Assembly: GCF_009914755.1 (NCBI RefSeq)
Contig: NC_060941.1
DNA length: 64,000 bases
Reading direction: 5' to 3' (one strand)
Origin: the human T2T-CHM13v2.0 reference genome, Homo sapiens
Shown: in pieces, positions 50,901-64,000 of the stretch
Position numbering within the stretch: the stretch's first letter is position 1
Layout: every line of letters starts with the position of its first letter
Translations under genes and position numbers: made by a program
The notes under the pieces: generated by a model
Databases searched by the model: none
What the model was told of the DNA's origin: nothing
The model's input: only the letters and a program-made list of their open reading frames with translations

Positions 50901-53900
50901 CAACTCCCAGAGTTTCACATTGCTTTTCATAGAGTAGTTCTGAAACATGCTTTTCGTAGTGTCTACAAGTGGACATTTGGAGCGCTTTCAGGCCTGTGGT
51001 GGAAAACGAATTATGGTCACATAAAAACTGGAGAGAAGCATTGTCAGAAACTTCTTTGTGATGATTGCATTCAACTCACAGAGTTGAAGGTTCCTTTTCA
51101 AAGAGCAGTTTCCAATCACTCTTTGTGTGGAATCTGCAAGTGGATATTTGGACCTATTTTGAAGATTTCGTTGGAAACGGGAGAATCTTCACAGGAAAGC
51201 TAAACAGAAGCATTCTCAGAAACTTCTTTGTGATGCTTGCATTCAACTCACAGAGTTGAACTTTCCTTTCGAGAGAGAAGCTTTGAAACACTCTTTTTCC
51301 AGAATCTGCAAGTGGACATTTGGAGGGCTTTGAGGCCTGTGGTGGAAAAGGAATTATCTTCCCGTAAAAGCTAGATAGAAGCATTCTCAGAAACTACTTT
51401 GTGATGATTGCATTCAAGTCACAGAGTTGAACATTCCCTTTGACAGAGCAGTTTGGAAACTCTCTTTGTGTAGAATCTGCAAGTGGAGATATGGACCGCT
51501 TTGAGGCCTATGGTAGTAAAGGAAATAGCTTCATATAAAAGCTAGACAGTAGCATTCACAGAAAACTCTTGGTGACGACTGAGTTTAACTCACAGAGCTG
51601 AACATTCCTTTGGATGGAGCAGTTTCGAAACACACTATTTGTAGAATGTGCAAGTGGATATTTAGGCCTCTCTGAGGATTTCGTTGGAAACGGGATAAAC
51701 CGCACAGAACTAAACAGAAGCATTCTCAGAACCTTCTTCGTGATGTTTGCATTCAACTCACAGTGTTGAACCTTTCTTTGATAGTTCAGGTTTGAAACGG
51801 TCTTTCTGTAGAAACTGCAAGTAGATATTTGGACCTCTCTGAGGATTTCGTTGGAAACGGGATAACCCGCACAGAACTAAAACAGAAGCATTCTCAGAAC
51901 CCTCTTCGTGATGTTTGCATTCAACTCACAGTGCTGAACCTTTCTTTGATAGTTCAGCTTTGAAACACTCTTTTTGTAGAAACTGCAAGTGGATATTTGG
52001 TCCTCTCTGAGCATTTCGTTGGAAACGGGATAAACTGCACAGAACTAAACAGAAGCATTCTCAGAACCTTCTTCGTGATGTCTGCATTCAACTCACAGTG
52101 TGGAACCTTTCTTTGATAGTTCAGGTTTGAAACACTCTTTTTGTAGAAACTGCAAGGGGATAATTGCACTCTTTGAGGAGTACCGTAGTAAAGGAAATAA
52201 CTTCCTATAAAAAGAAGACAGAAGCTTTCTCAGAAAATTCTTTGGGATGATTGAGTTGAACTCACAGAGCTGAGCATTCCTTGCGATGTAGCAGTTTAGA
52301 AACACACTTTCTGCAGAATCTGCAAGTGCATATTTGGACCTCTGTGAGGAATTCGTTGGAAACGGGATAATTTCAGCTGACTAAACAGAAGCAGTCTCAG
52401 AATCTTCTTTGTGATGTTTGCATTCAAATCCCCGAGTTGAACTTTCCTTTCAAAGTTCACGTTTGAAACACTCTTTTTGCAGGATCTACAAGTGGATATT
52501 TGGACCACTCTGTGTCCTTCGTTCGAAACGGGTATATCTTCACATGACATCTAGACAGAAGCATCCTCAGAAGCTTCTCTGTGATGACTGCATTCAACTC
52601 ACGGAGTTGAACACTCCTTTTGAGAGCGCAGTTTTGAAACTCTCTTTCTGTGGCATCTGCAAGGGGACATGTAGACCTCTTTGAAGATTTCGTTGGAAAC
52701 GGAATCATCTTCACATAAAAACTATACAGATGCATTCTCAGGAACTTTTTGGTGATGTTTGTATTCAACTCCCAGAGTTGAACTTTCCTTTGGAAAGAGC
52801 AGCTATGAAACACTCTTTTTCTAGAATCTGCAAGTGGACGTTTGGAGGGCTTTGTGGTTTGTGGTGGAAAAGGAAATATCTTCACCTAAATACTAGATAG
52901 AAGCATTCTCAGAAACTGCTTTGTGATGATTGCATTCACCTCACAGAGTTGAACATTCCTATTGATAGAGCAGTTTGGAAACACTCTTGTTGTGGAATGT
53001 GCAAGTGGAGATTTGGAGCGCTTTGAGGCCTATGGTAGTAAAGGGAATAGCTTCATAGAAAAACTAGACAGAAGCATTCTCAGAAAATACTTTGTGATGA
53101 TTGAGTTTAACTCACAGAGCTGAACATTCCTTTGGATGGAGCAGGTTTGAGACACACCTTTTGTAGAATCTACAAGTGGATATTTGGACCTCTCTGAGGA
53201 TTTCGTTGGAAACGGGATAACTGCACCTAACTAAACGGAAGCATTCTCAGAAACTTCTTGGTGATGTTTGCATTCAAATCCCAGAGTTGAACCTTCCTTT
53301 GATAGTTCAGGTTTGAAACACTCTTTTTGTAGGATCTGCAAGTGGATATTTGGACCACTCTGTGGCCTTCGTTCGAAACGGGTATATCTTCGCATAAAAT
53401 CTAGACAGAAGCCTTCTCAGAAACTTCTCTGTGATGATTGCATTCAACTCACAGAGTTGAACCCTCCTATGGATAGAGCAGTGTTGAAACTCTCTTTTTG
53501 TGGAATCTGCAAGTGGATATGTGGACCTCTCCGAAGATGTCTTTGGAAACGGGAATATCTTCACATAAAAACTAAACAGAAGCATTCTCAGAAACTTCTC
53601 TGTGATGTTTGTGTTCAACTCCCAGAGTTTCACATTGCTTTTCATAGAGTAGTTCTGAAACATGCTTTTCGTAGTGTCTACAAGTGGACATTTGGAGCGC
53701 TTTCAGGCCTGTGGTGGAAAACGAATTATGGTCACATAAAAACTGGAGAGAAGCATTGTCAGAAACTTCTTTGTGATGATTGCATTCAACTCACAGAGTT
53801 GAAGGTTCCTTTTCAAAGAGCAGTTTCCAATCACTCTTTGTGTGGAATCTGCAAGTGGATATTTGGACCTATTTTGAAGATTTCGTTGGAAACGGGAGAA

Positions 53901-56900
53901 TCTTCACAGGAAAGCTAAACAGAAGCATTCTCAGAAACTTCTTTGTGATGCTTGCATTCAACTCACAGAGTTGAACTTTCCTTTCGAGAGAGAAGCTTTG
54001 AAACACTCTTTTTCCAGAATCTGCAAGTGGACATTTGGAGGGCTTTGAGGCCTGTGGTGGAAAAGGAATTATCTTCCCGTAAAAGCTAGATAGAAGCATT
54101 CTCAGAAACTACTTTGTGATGATTGCATTCAAGTCACAGAGTTGAACATTCCCTTTGACAGAGCAGTTTGGAAACTCTCTTTGTGTAGAATCTGCAAGTG
54201 GAGATATGGACCGCTTTGAGGCCTATGGTAGTAAAGGAAATAGCTTCATATAAAAGCTAGACAGTAGCATTCACAGAAAACTCTTGGTGACGACTGAGTT
54301 TAACTCACAGAGCTGAACATTCCTTTGGATGGAGCAGTTTCGAAACACACTATTTGTAGAATGTGCAAGTGGATATTTAGGCCTCTCTGAGGATTTCGTT
54401 GGAAACGGGATAAACCGCACAGAACTAAACAGAAGCATTCTCAGAACCTTCTTCGTGATGTTTGCATTCAACTCACAGTGTTGAACCTTTCTTTGATAGT
54501 TCAGGTTTGAAACGGTCTTTCTGTAGAAACTGCAAGTAGATATTTGGACCTCTCTGAGGATTTCGTTGGAAACGGGATAACCCGCACAGAACTAAAACAG
54601 AAGCATTCTCAGAACCCTCTTCGTGATGTTTGCATTCAACTCACAGTGCTGAACCTTTCTTTGATAGTTCAGCTTTGAAACACTCTTTTTGTAGAAACTG
54701 CAAGTGGATATTTGGTCCTCTCTGAGCATTTCGTTGGAAACGGGATAAACTGCACAGAACTAAACAGAAGCATTCTCAGAACCTTCTTCGTGATGTCTGC
54801 ATTCAACTCACAGTGTGGAACCTTTCTTTGATAGTTCAGGTTTGAAACACTCTTTTTGTAGAAACTGCAAGGGGATAATTGCACTCTTTGAGGAGTACCG
54901 TAGTAAAGGAAATAACTTCCTATAAAAAGAAGACAGAAGCTTTCTCAGAAAATTCTTTGGGATGATTGAGTTGAACTCACAGAGCTGAGCATTCCTTGCG
55001 ATGTAGCAGTTTAGAAACACACTTTCTGCAGAATCTGCAAGTGCATATTTGGACCTCTGTGAGGAATTCGTTGGAAACGGGATAATTTCAGCTGACTAAA
55101 CAGAAGCAGTCTCAGAATCTTCTTTGTGATGTTTGCATTCAAATCCCCGAGTTGAACTTTCCTTTCAAAGTTCACGTTTGAAACACTCTTTTTGCAGGAT
55201 CTACAAGTGGATATTTGGACCACTCTGTGTCCTTCGTTCGAAACGGGTATATCTTCACATGACATCTAGACAGAAGCATCCTCAGAAGCTTCTCTGTGAT
55301 GACTGCATTCAACTCACGGAGTTGAACACTCCTTTTGAGAGCGCAGTTTTGAAACTCTCTTTCTGTGGCATCTGCAAGGGGACATGTAGACCTCTTTGAA
55401 GATTTCGTTGGAAACGGAATCATCTTCACATAAAAACTATACAGATGCATTCTCAGGAACTTTTTGGTGATGTTTGTATTCAACTCCCAGAGTTGAACTT
55501 TCCTTTGGAAAGAGCAGCTATGAAACACTCTTTTTCTAGAATCTGCAAGTGGACGTTTGGAGGGCTTTGTGGTTTGTGGTGGAAAAGGAAATATCTTCAC
55601 CTAAATACTAGATAGAAGCATTCTCAGAAACTGCTTTGTGATGATTGCATTCACCTCACAGAGTTGAACATTCCTATTGATAGAGCAGTTTGGAAACACT
55701 CTTGTTGTGGAATGTGCAAGTGGAGATTTGGAGCGCTTTGAGGCCTATGGTAGTAAAGGGAATAGCTTCATAGAAAAACTAGACAGAAGCATTCTCAGAA
55801 AATACTTTGTGATGATTGAGTTTAACTCACAGAGCTGAACATTCCTTTGGATGGAGCAGGTTTGAGACACACTTTTTGTAGAATCTACAAGTGGATATTT
55901 GGACCTCTCTGAGGATTTCGTTGGAAACGGGATAACTGCACCTAACTAAACGGAAGCATTCTCAGAAACTTCTTGGTGATGTTTGCATTCAAATCCCAGA
56001 GTTGAACCTTCCTTTGATAGTTCAGGTTTGAAACACTCTTTTTGTAGGATCTGCAAGTGGATATTTGGACCACTCTGTGGCCTTCGTTCGAAACGGGTAA
56101 ATCTTCGCATAAAATCTAGACAGAAGCCTTCTCAGAAACTTCTCTGTGATGATTGCATTCAACTCACAGAGTTGAACCCTCCTATGGATAGAGCAGTGTT
56201 GAAACTCTCTTTTTGTGGAATCTGCAAGTGGATATGTGGACCTCTCCGAAGATGTCTTTGGAAACGGGAATATCTTCACATAAAAACTAAACAGAAGCAT
56301 TCTCAGAAACTTCTCTGTGATGTTTGTGTTCAACTCCCAGAGTTTCACATTGCTTTTCATAGAGTAGTTCTGAAACATGCTTTTCGTAGTGTCTACAAGT
56401 GGACATTTGGAGCGCTTTCAGGCCTGTGGTGGAAAACGAATTATGGTCACATAAAAACTGGAGAGAAGCATTGTCAGAAACTTCTTTGTGATGATTGCAT
56501 TCAACTCACAGAGTTGAAGGTTCCTTTTCAAAGAGCAGTTTCCAATCACTCTTTCTGTGGAATCTGCAAGTGGATATTTGGACCTATTTTGAAGATTTCA
56601 TTGGAAACGGGAGAATCTTCACAGGAAAGCTAAACAGAAGCATTCTCAGAAACTTCTTTGTGATGCTTGCATTCAACTCACAGAGTTGAACTTTCCTTTC
56701 GAGAGAGAAGCTTTGAAACACTCTTTTTCCAGAATCTGCAAGTGGACATTTGGAGGGCTTTGAGGCCTGTGGTGGAAAAGGAATTATCTTCCCGTAAAAG
56801 CTAGATAGAAGCATTCTCAGAAACTACTTTGTGATGATTGCATTCAAGTCACAGAGTTGAACATTCCCTTTGACAGAGCAGTTTGGAAACTCTCTTTGTG

Positions 56901-59900
56901 TAGAATCTGCAAGTGGAGATACGGACCGCTTTGAGGCCTATGGTAGTAAAGGAAATAGCTTCATATAAAAGCTAGACAGTAGCATTCACAGAAAACTCTT
57001 GGTGACGACTGAGTTTAACTCACAGAGCTGAACATTCCTTTGGATGGAGCAGTTTCGAAACACACTATTTGTAGAATGTGCAAGTGGATATTTAGGCCTC
57101 TCTGAGGATTTCGTTGGAAACGGGATAAACCGCACAGAACTAAACAGAAGCATTCTCAGAACCTTCTTCGTGATGTTTGCATTCAACTCACAGTGTTGAA
57201 CCTTTCTTTGATAGTTCAGGTTTGAAACGGTCTTTCTGTAGAAACTGCAAGTAGATATTTGGACCTCTCTGAGGATTTCGTTGGAAACGGGATAACCCGC
57301 ACAGAACTAAAACAGAAGCATTCTCAGAACCCTCTTCGTGATGTTTGCATTCAACTCACAGTGCTGAACCTTTCTTTGATAGTTCAGCTTTGAAACACTC
57401 TTTTTGTAGAAACTGCAAGTGGATATTTGGTCCTCTCTGAGCATTTCGTTGGAAACGGGATAAACTGCACAGAACTAAACAGAAGCATTCTCAGAACCTT
57501 CTTCGTGATGTCTGCATTCAACTCACAGTGTGGAACCTTTCTTTGATAGTTCAGGTTTGAAACACTCTTTCTGTAGAAACTGCAAGGGGATAATTGCACT
57601 CTTTGAGGAGTACCGTAGTAAAGGAAATAACTTCCTATAAAAAGAAGACAGAAGCTTTCTCAGAAAATTCTTTGGGATGATTGAGTTGAACTCACAGAGC
57701 TGAGCATTCCTTGCGATGTAGCAGTTTAGAAACACACTTTCTGCAGAATCTGCAAGTGCATATTTGGACCTCTGTGAGGAATTCGTTGGAAACGGGATAA
57801 TTTCAGCTGACTAAACAGAAGCAGTCTCAGAATCTTCTTTGTGATGTTTGCATTCAAATCCCCGAGTTGAACTTTCCTTTCAAAGTTCACGTTTGAAACA
57901 CTCTTTTTGCAGGATCTACAAGTGGATATTTGGACCACTCTGTGTCCTTCGTTCGAAACGGGTATATCTTCACATGACATCCAGACAGAAGCATCCTCAG
58001 AAGCTTCTCTGTGATGACTGCATTCAACTCACGGAGTTGAACACTCCTTTTGAGAGCGCAGTTTTGAAACTCTCTTTCTGTGGCATCTGCAAGGGGACAT
58101 GTAGACCTCTTTGAAGATTTCGTTGGAAACGGAATCATCTTCACATAAAAACTATACAGATGCATTCTCAGGAACTTTTTGGTGATGTTTGTATTCAACT
58201 CCCAGAGTTGAACTTTCCTTTGGAAAGAGCAGCTATGAAACACTCTTTTTCTAGAATCTGCAAGTGGACGTTTGGAGGGCTTTGTGGTTTGTGGTGGAAA
58301 AGGAAATATCTTCACCTAAATACTAGATAGAAGCATTCTCAGAAACTGCTTTGTGATGATTGCATTCACCTCACAGAGTTGAACATTCCTATTGATAGAG
58401 CAGTTTGGAAACACTCTTGTTGTGGAATGTGCAAGTGGAGATTTGGAGCGCTTTGAGGCCTATGGTAGTAAAGGGAATAGCTTCATAGAAAAACTAGACA
58501 GAAGCATTCTCAGAAAATACTTTGTGATGATTGAGTTTAACTCACAGAGCTGAACATTCCTTTGGATGGAGCAGGTTTGAGACACACCTTTTGTAGAATC
58601 TACAAGTGGATATTTGGACCTCTCTGAGGATTTCGTTGGAAACGGGATAACTGCACCTAACTAAACGGAAGCATTCTCAGAAACTTCTTGGTGATGTTTG
58701 CATTCAAATCCCAGAGTTGAACCTTCCTTTGATAGTTCAGGTTTGAAACACTCTTTTTGTAGGATCTGCAAGTGGATATTTGGACCACTCTGTGGCCTTC
58801 GTTCGAAACGGGTATATCTTCGCATAAAATCTAGACAGAAGCCTTCTCAGAAACTTCTCTGTGATGATTGCATTCAACTCACAGAGTTGAACCCTCCTAT
58901 GGATAGAGCAGTGTTGAAACTCTCTTTTTGTGGAATCTGCAAGTGGATATGTGGACCTCTCCGAAGATGTCTTTGGAAACGGGAATATCTTCACATAAAA
59001 ACTAAACAGAAGCATTCTCAGAAACTTCTCTGTGATGTTTGTGTTCAACTCCCAGAGTTTCACATTGCTTTTCATAGAGTAGTTCTGAAACATGCTTTTC
59101 GTAGTGTCTACAAGTGGACATTTGGAGCGCTTTCAGGCCTGTGGTGGAAAACGAATTATGGTCACATAAAAACTGGAGAGAAGCATTGTCAGAAACTTCT
59201 TTGTGATGATTGCATTCAACTCACAGAGTTGAAGGTTCCTTTTCAAAGAGCAGTTTCCAATCACTCTTTGTGTGGAATCTGCAAGTGGATATTTGGACCT
59301 ATTTTGAAGATTTCGTTGGAAACGGGAGAATCTTCACAGGAAAGCTAAACAGAAGCATTCTCAGAAACTTCTTTGTGATGCTTGCATTCAACTCACAGAG
59401 TTGAACTTTCCTTTCGAGAGAGAAGCTTTGAAACACTCTTTTTCCAGAATCTGCAAGTGGACATTTGGAGGGCTTTGAGGCCTGTGGTGGAAAAGGAATT
59501 ATCTTCCCGTAAAAGCTAGATAGAAGCATTCTCAGAAACTACTTTGTGATGATTGCATTCAAGTCACAGAGTTGAACATTCCCTTTGACAGAGCAGTTTG
59601 GAAACTCTCTTTGTGTAGAATCTGCAAGTGGAGATATGGACCGCTTTGAGGCCTATGGTAGTAAAGGAAATAGCTTCATATAAAAGCTAGACAGTAGCAT
59701 TCACAGAAAACTCTTGGTGACGACTGAGTTTAACTCACAGAGCTGAACATTCCTTTGGATGGAGCAGTTTCGAAACACACTATTTGTAGAATGTGCAAGT
59801 GGATATTTAGGCCTCTCTGAGGATTTCGTTGGAAACGGGATAAACCGCACAGAACTAAACAGAAGCATTCTCAGAACCTTCTTCGTGATGTTTGCATTCA

Positions 59901-62900
59901 ACTCACAGTGTTGAACCTTTCTTTGATAGTTCAGGTTTGAAACGGTCTTTCTGTAGAAACTGCAAGTAGATATTTGGACCTCTCTGAGGATTTCGTTGGA
60001 AACGGGATAACCCGCACAGAACTAAAACAGAAGCATTCTCAGAACCCTCTTCGTGATGTTTGCATTCAACTCACAGTGCTGAACCTTTCTTTGATAGTTC
60101 AGCGTTGAAACACTCTTTTTGTAGAAACTGCAAGTGGATATTTGGTCCTCTCTGAGCATTTCGTTGGAAACGGGATAAACTGCACAGAACTAAACAGAAG
60201 CATTCTCAGAACCTTCTTCGTGATGTCTGCATTCAACTCACAGTGTGGAACCTTTCTTTGATAGTTCAGGTTTGAAACACTCTTTTTGTAGAAACTGCAA
60301 GGGGATAATTGCACTCTTTGAGGAGTACCGTAGTAAAGGAAATAACTTCCTATAAAAAGAAGACAGAAGCTTTCTCAGAAAATTCTTTGGGATGATTGAG
60401 TTGAACTCACAGAGCTGAGCATTCCTTGCGATGTAGCAGTTTAGAAACACACTTTCTGCAGAATCTGCAAGTGCATATTTGGACCTCTGTGAGGAATTCG
60501 TTGGAAACGGGATAATTTCAGCTGACTAAACAGAAGCAGTCTCAGAATCTTCTTTGTGATGTTTGCATTCAAATCCCCGAGTTGAACTTTCCTTTCAAAG
60601 TTCACGTTTGAAACACTCTTTTTGCAGGATCTACAAGTGGATATTTGGACCACTCTGTGTCCTTCGTTCGAAACGGGTATATCTTCACATGACATCTAGA
60701 CAGAAGCATCCTCAGAAGCTTCTCTGTGATGACTGCATTCAACTCACGGAGTTGAACACTCCTTTTGAGAGCGCAGTTTTGAAACTCTCTTTCTGTGGCA
60801 TCTGCAAGGGGACATGTAGACCTCTTTGAAGATTTCGTTGGAAACGGAATCATCTTCACATAAAAACTATACAGATGCATTCTCAGGAACTTTTTGGTGA
60901 TGTTTGTATTCAACTCCCAGAGTTGAACTTTCCTTTGGAAAGAGCAGCTATGAAACACTCTTTTTCTAGAATCTGCAAGTGGACGTTTGGAGGGCTTTGT
61001 GGTTTGTGGTGGAAAAGGAAATATCTTCACCTAAATACTAGATAGAAGCATTCTCAGAAACTGCTTTGTGATGATTGCATTCACCTCACAGAGTTGAACA
61101 TTCCTATTGATAGAGCAGTTTGGAAACACTCTTGTTGTGGAATGTGCAAGTGGAGATTTGGAGCGCTTTGAGGCCTATGGTAGTAAAGGGAATAGCTTCA
61201 TAGAAAAACTAGACAGAAGCATTCTCAGAAAATACTTTGTGATGATTGAGTTTAACTCACAGAGCTGAACATTCCTTTGGATGGAGCAGGTTTGAGACAC
61301 ACCTTTTGTAGAATCTACAAGTGGATATTTGGACCTCTCTGAGGATTTCGTTGGAAACGGGATAACTGCACCTAACTAAACGGAAGCATTCTCAGAAACT
61401 TCTTGGTGATGTTTGCATTCAAATCCCAGAGTTGAACCTTCCTTTGATAGTTCAGGTTTGAAACACTCTTTTTGTAGGATCTGCAAGTGGATATTTGGAC
61501 CACTCTGTGGCCTTCGTTCGAAACGGGTATATCTTCGCATAAAATCTAGACAGAAGCCTTCTCAGAAACTTCTCTGTGATGATTGCATTCAACTCACAGA
61601 GTTGAACCCTCCTATGGATAGAGCAGTGTTGAAACTCTCTTTTTGTGGAATCTGCAAGTGGATATGTGGACCTCTCCGAAGATGTCTTTGGAAACGGGAA
61701 TATCTTCACATAAAAACTAAACAGAAGCATTCTCAGAAACTTCTCTGTGATGTTTGTGTTCAACTCCCAGAGTTTCACATTGCTTTTCATAGAGTAGTTC
61801 TGAAACATGCTTTTCGTAGTGTCTACAAGTGGACATTTGGAGCGCTTTCAGGCCTGTGGTGGAAAACGAATTATGGTCACATAAAAACTGGAGAGAAGCA
61901 TTGTCAGAAACTTCTTTGTGATGATTGCATTCAACTCACAGAGTTGAAGGTTCCTTTTCAAAGAGCAGTTTCCAATCACTCTTTCTGTGGAATCTGCAAG
62001 TGGATATTCGGACCTATTTTGAAGATTTCGTTGGAAACGGGAGAATCTTCACAGGAAAGCTAAACAGAAGCATTCTCAGAAACTTCTTTGTGATGCTTGC
62101 ATTCAACTCACAGAGTTGAACTTTCCTTTCGAGAGAGAAGCTTTGAAACACTCTTTTTCCAGAATCTGCAAGTGGACATTTGGAGGGCTTTGAGGCCTGT
62201 GGTGGAAAAGGAATTATCTTCCCGTAAAAGCTAGATAGAAGCATTCTCAGAAACTACTTTGTGATGATTGCATTCAAGTCACAGAGTTGAACATTCCCTT
62301 TGACAGAGCAGTTTGGAAACTCTCTTTGTGTAGAATCTGCAAGTGGAGATATGGACCGCTTTGAGGCCTATGGTAGTAAAGGAAATAGCTTCATATAAAA
62401 GCTAGACAGTAGCATTCACAGAAAACTCTTGGTGACGACTGAGTTTAACTCACAGAGCTGAACATTCCTTTGGATGGAGCAGTTTCGAAACACACTATTT
62501 GTAGAATGTGCAAGTGGATATTTAGGCCTCTCTGAGGATTTCGTTGGAAACGGGATAAACCGCACAGAACTAAACAGAAGCATTCTCAGAACCTTCTTCG
62601 TGATGTTTGCATTCAACTCACAGTGTTGAACCTTTCTTTGATAGTTCAGGTTTGAAACGGTCTTTCTGTAGAAACTGCAAGTAGATATTTGGACCTCTCT
62701 GAGGATTTCGTTGGAAACGGGATAACCCGCACAGAACTAAAACAGAAGCATTCTCAGAACCCTCTTCGTGATGTTTGCATTCAACTCACAGTGCTGAACC
62801 TTTCTTTGATAGTTCAGCTTTGAAACACTCTTTTTGTAGAAACTGCAAGTGGATATTTGGTCCTCTCTGAGCATTTCGTTGGAAACGGGATAAACTGCAC

Positions 62901-64000
62901 AGAACTAAACAGAAGCATTCTCAGAACCTTCTTCGTGATGTCTGCATTCAACTCACAGTGTGGAACCTTTCTTTGATAGTTCAGGTTTGAAACACTCTTT
63001 TTGTAGAAACTGCAAGGGGATAATTGCACTCTTTGAGGAGTACCGTAGTAAAGGAAATAACTTCCTATAAAAAGAAGACAGAAGCTTTCTCAGAAAATTC
63101 TTTGGGATGATTGAGTTGAACTCACAGAGCTGAGCATTCCTTGCGATGTAGCAGTTTAGAAACACACTTTCTGCAGAATCTGCAAGTGCATATTTGGACC
63201 TCTGTGAGGAATTCGTTGGAAACGGGATAATTTCAGCTGACTAAACAGAAGCAGTCTCAGAATCTTCTTTGTGATGTTTGCATTCAAATCCCCGAGTTGA
63301 ACTTTCCTTTCAAAGTTCACGTTTGAAACACTCTTTTTGCAGGATCTACAAGTGGATATTTGGACCACTCTGTGTCCTTCGTTCGAAACGGGTATATCTT
63401 CACATGACATCTAGACAGAAGCATCCTCAGAAGCTTCTCTGTGATGACTGCATTCAACTCACGGAGTTGAACACTCCTTTTGAGAGCGCAGTTTTGAAAC
63501 TCTCTTTCTGTGGCATCTGCAAGGGGACACGTAGACCTCTTTGAAGATTTCGTTGGAAACGGAATCATCTTCACATAAAAACTATACAGATGCATTCTCA
63601 GGAACTTTTTGGTGATGTTTGTATTCAACTCCCAGAGTTGAACTTTCCTTTGGAAAGAGCAGCTATGAAACACTCTTTTTCTAGAATCTGCAAGTGGACG
63701 TTTGGAGGGCTTTGTGGTTTGTGGTGGAAAAGGAAATATCTTCACCTAAATACTAGATAGAAGCATTCTCAGAAACTGCTTTGTGATGATTGCATTCACC
63801 TCACAGAGTTGAACATTCCTATTGATAGAGCAGTTTGGAAACACTCTTGTTGTGGAATGTGCAAGTGGAGATTTGGAGCGCTTTGAGGCCTATGGTAGTA
63901 AAGGGAATAGCTTCATAGAAAAACTAGACAGAAGCATTCTCAGAAAATACTTTGTGATGATTGAGTTTAACTCACAGAGCTGAACATTCCTTTGGATGGA

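Larger units (their letters stand above)
1..64000 (+). repeat. D17Z1: Alpha-satellite higher-order repeat array, 16-mer (2715 bp), ~23.6 head-to-tail copies; likely human chr17 centromeric D17Z1 (suprachromosomal family 3)
   Basis: Seen: alphoid motifs (CATTCTCAGAAAC, CATTCAACTCACAGAGTTGAAC, GAATCTGCAAGTGGA, TTCGTTGGAAACGGGA) recur every ~170 bp. The ORF track repeats at exactly 2715 bp (1684, 4399, 7114...), with one 2714 step. GAATTC occurs once per unit (765, 3480 ... 63209). Knowledge: D17Z1 is a ~2.7-kb EcoRI 16-mer of the pentameric family. Alpha satellite is essentially certain; the D17Z1 name is somewhat less so. Confidence 0.95.

Noticed and set aside
370-63745. All other 64-142 aa ORFs on both strands
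   Set aside because: They overlap each other in several frames, recur at the HOR period and are typical translations of alpha satellite. They are gained or lost through single SNVs (e.g. 1146, 46333).
1-64000. CRISPR-like repeat-spacer array
   Set aside because: The sequence between conserved motifs is itself homologous and periodically repeated rather than unique spacers, and there are no cas genes.
1-64000. Hidden insertion, transposon, inversion or HOR length variant
   Set aside because: ORF coordinates keep an exact 2715-bp register (a single -1 shift) and a constant strand pattern, leaving no room for an insert or a monomer deletion.
1-64000. A strict multi-HOR super-period (e.g. 11-HOR tandem duplication)
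   Set aside because: Variant sharing occurs at offsets of 2, 4, 5, 11 and 13 HORs with discordant flanks, so no single period fits.
1-64000. Assignment to other SF3 arrays (DXZ1 12-mer, D11Z1 5-mer, D1Z5 11-mer, D17Z1-B 14-mer)
   Set aside because: The unit here has 16 monomers and 2715 bp, which does not fit those HOR lengths.

Overview
The whole 64-kb window is one uninterrupted, single-orientation tandem array of primate alpha-satellite DNA (monomers of 167-172 bp). It is organised as a 16-monomer, 2715-bp higher-order repeat (HOR) present in about 23.6 copies. Copy k starts at 1+2715(k-1), minus 1 after a 1-bp deletion at ~41933. The 2.7-kb period, the single EcoRI site per unit, the pentamer-derived (SF3, W1-W5) monomer order and an internal monomer triplication fit human chromosome 17 centromeric D17Z1. 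That assignment comes from recalled family knowledge, not a database search. Each HOR has 8 intact and 2 degenerate CENP-B boxes. I found no genes, RNA genes, transposon insertions, inversions or shortened HOR variants, and all listed ORFs look like repeat artefacts. I found no new protein-coding system. The only unexplained structure is the pattern of single-nucleotide variants between HOR copies: shared haplotype blocks 5 and 11 HORs apart, stepwise loss of CENP-B boxes, four-gamete patterns over 24-61 bp, and variants that copy the state of paralogous monomers. Variants were read by eye and from the ORF track, so the list may be incomplete.
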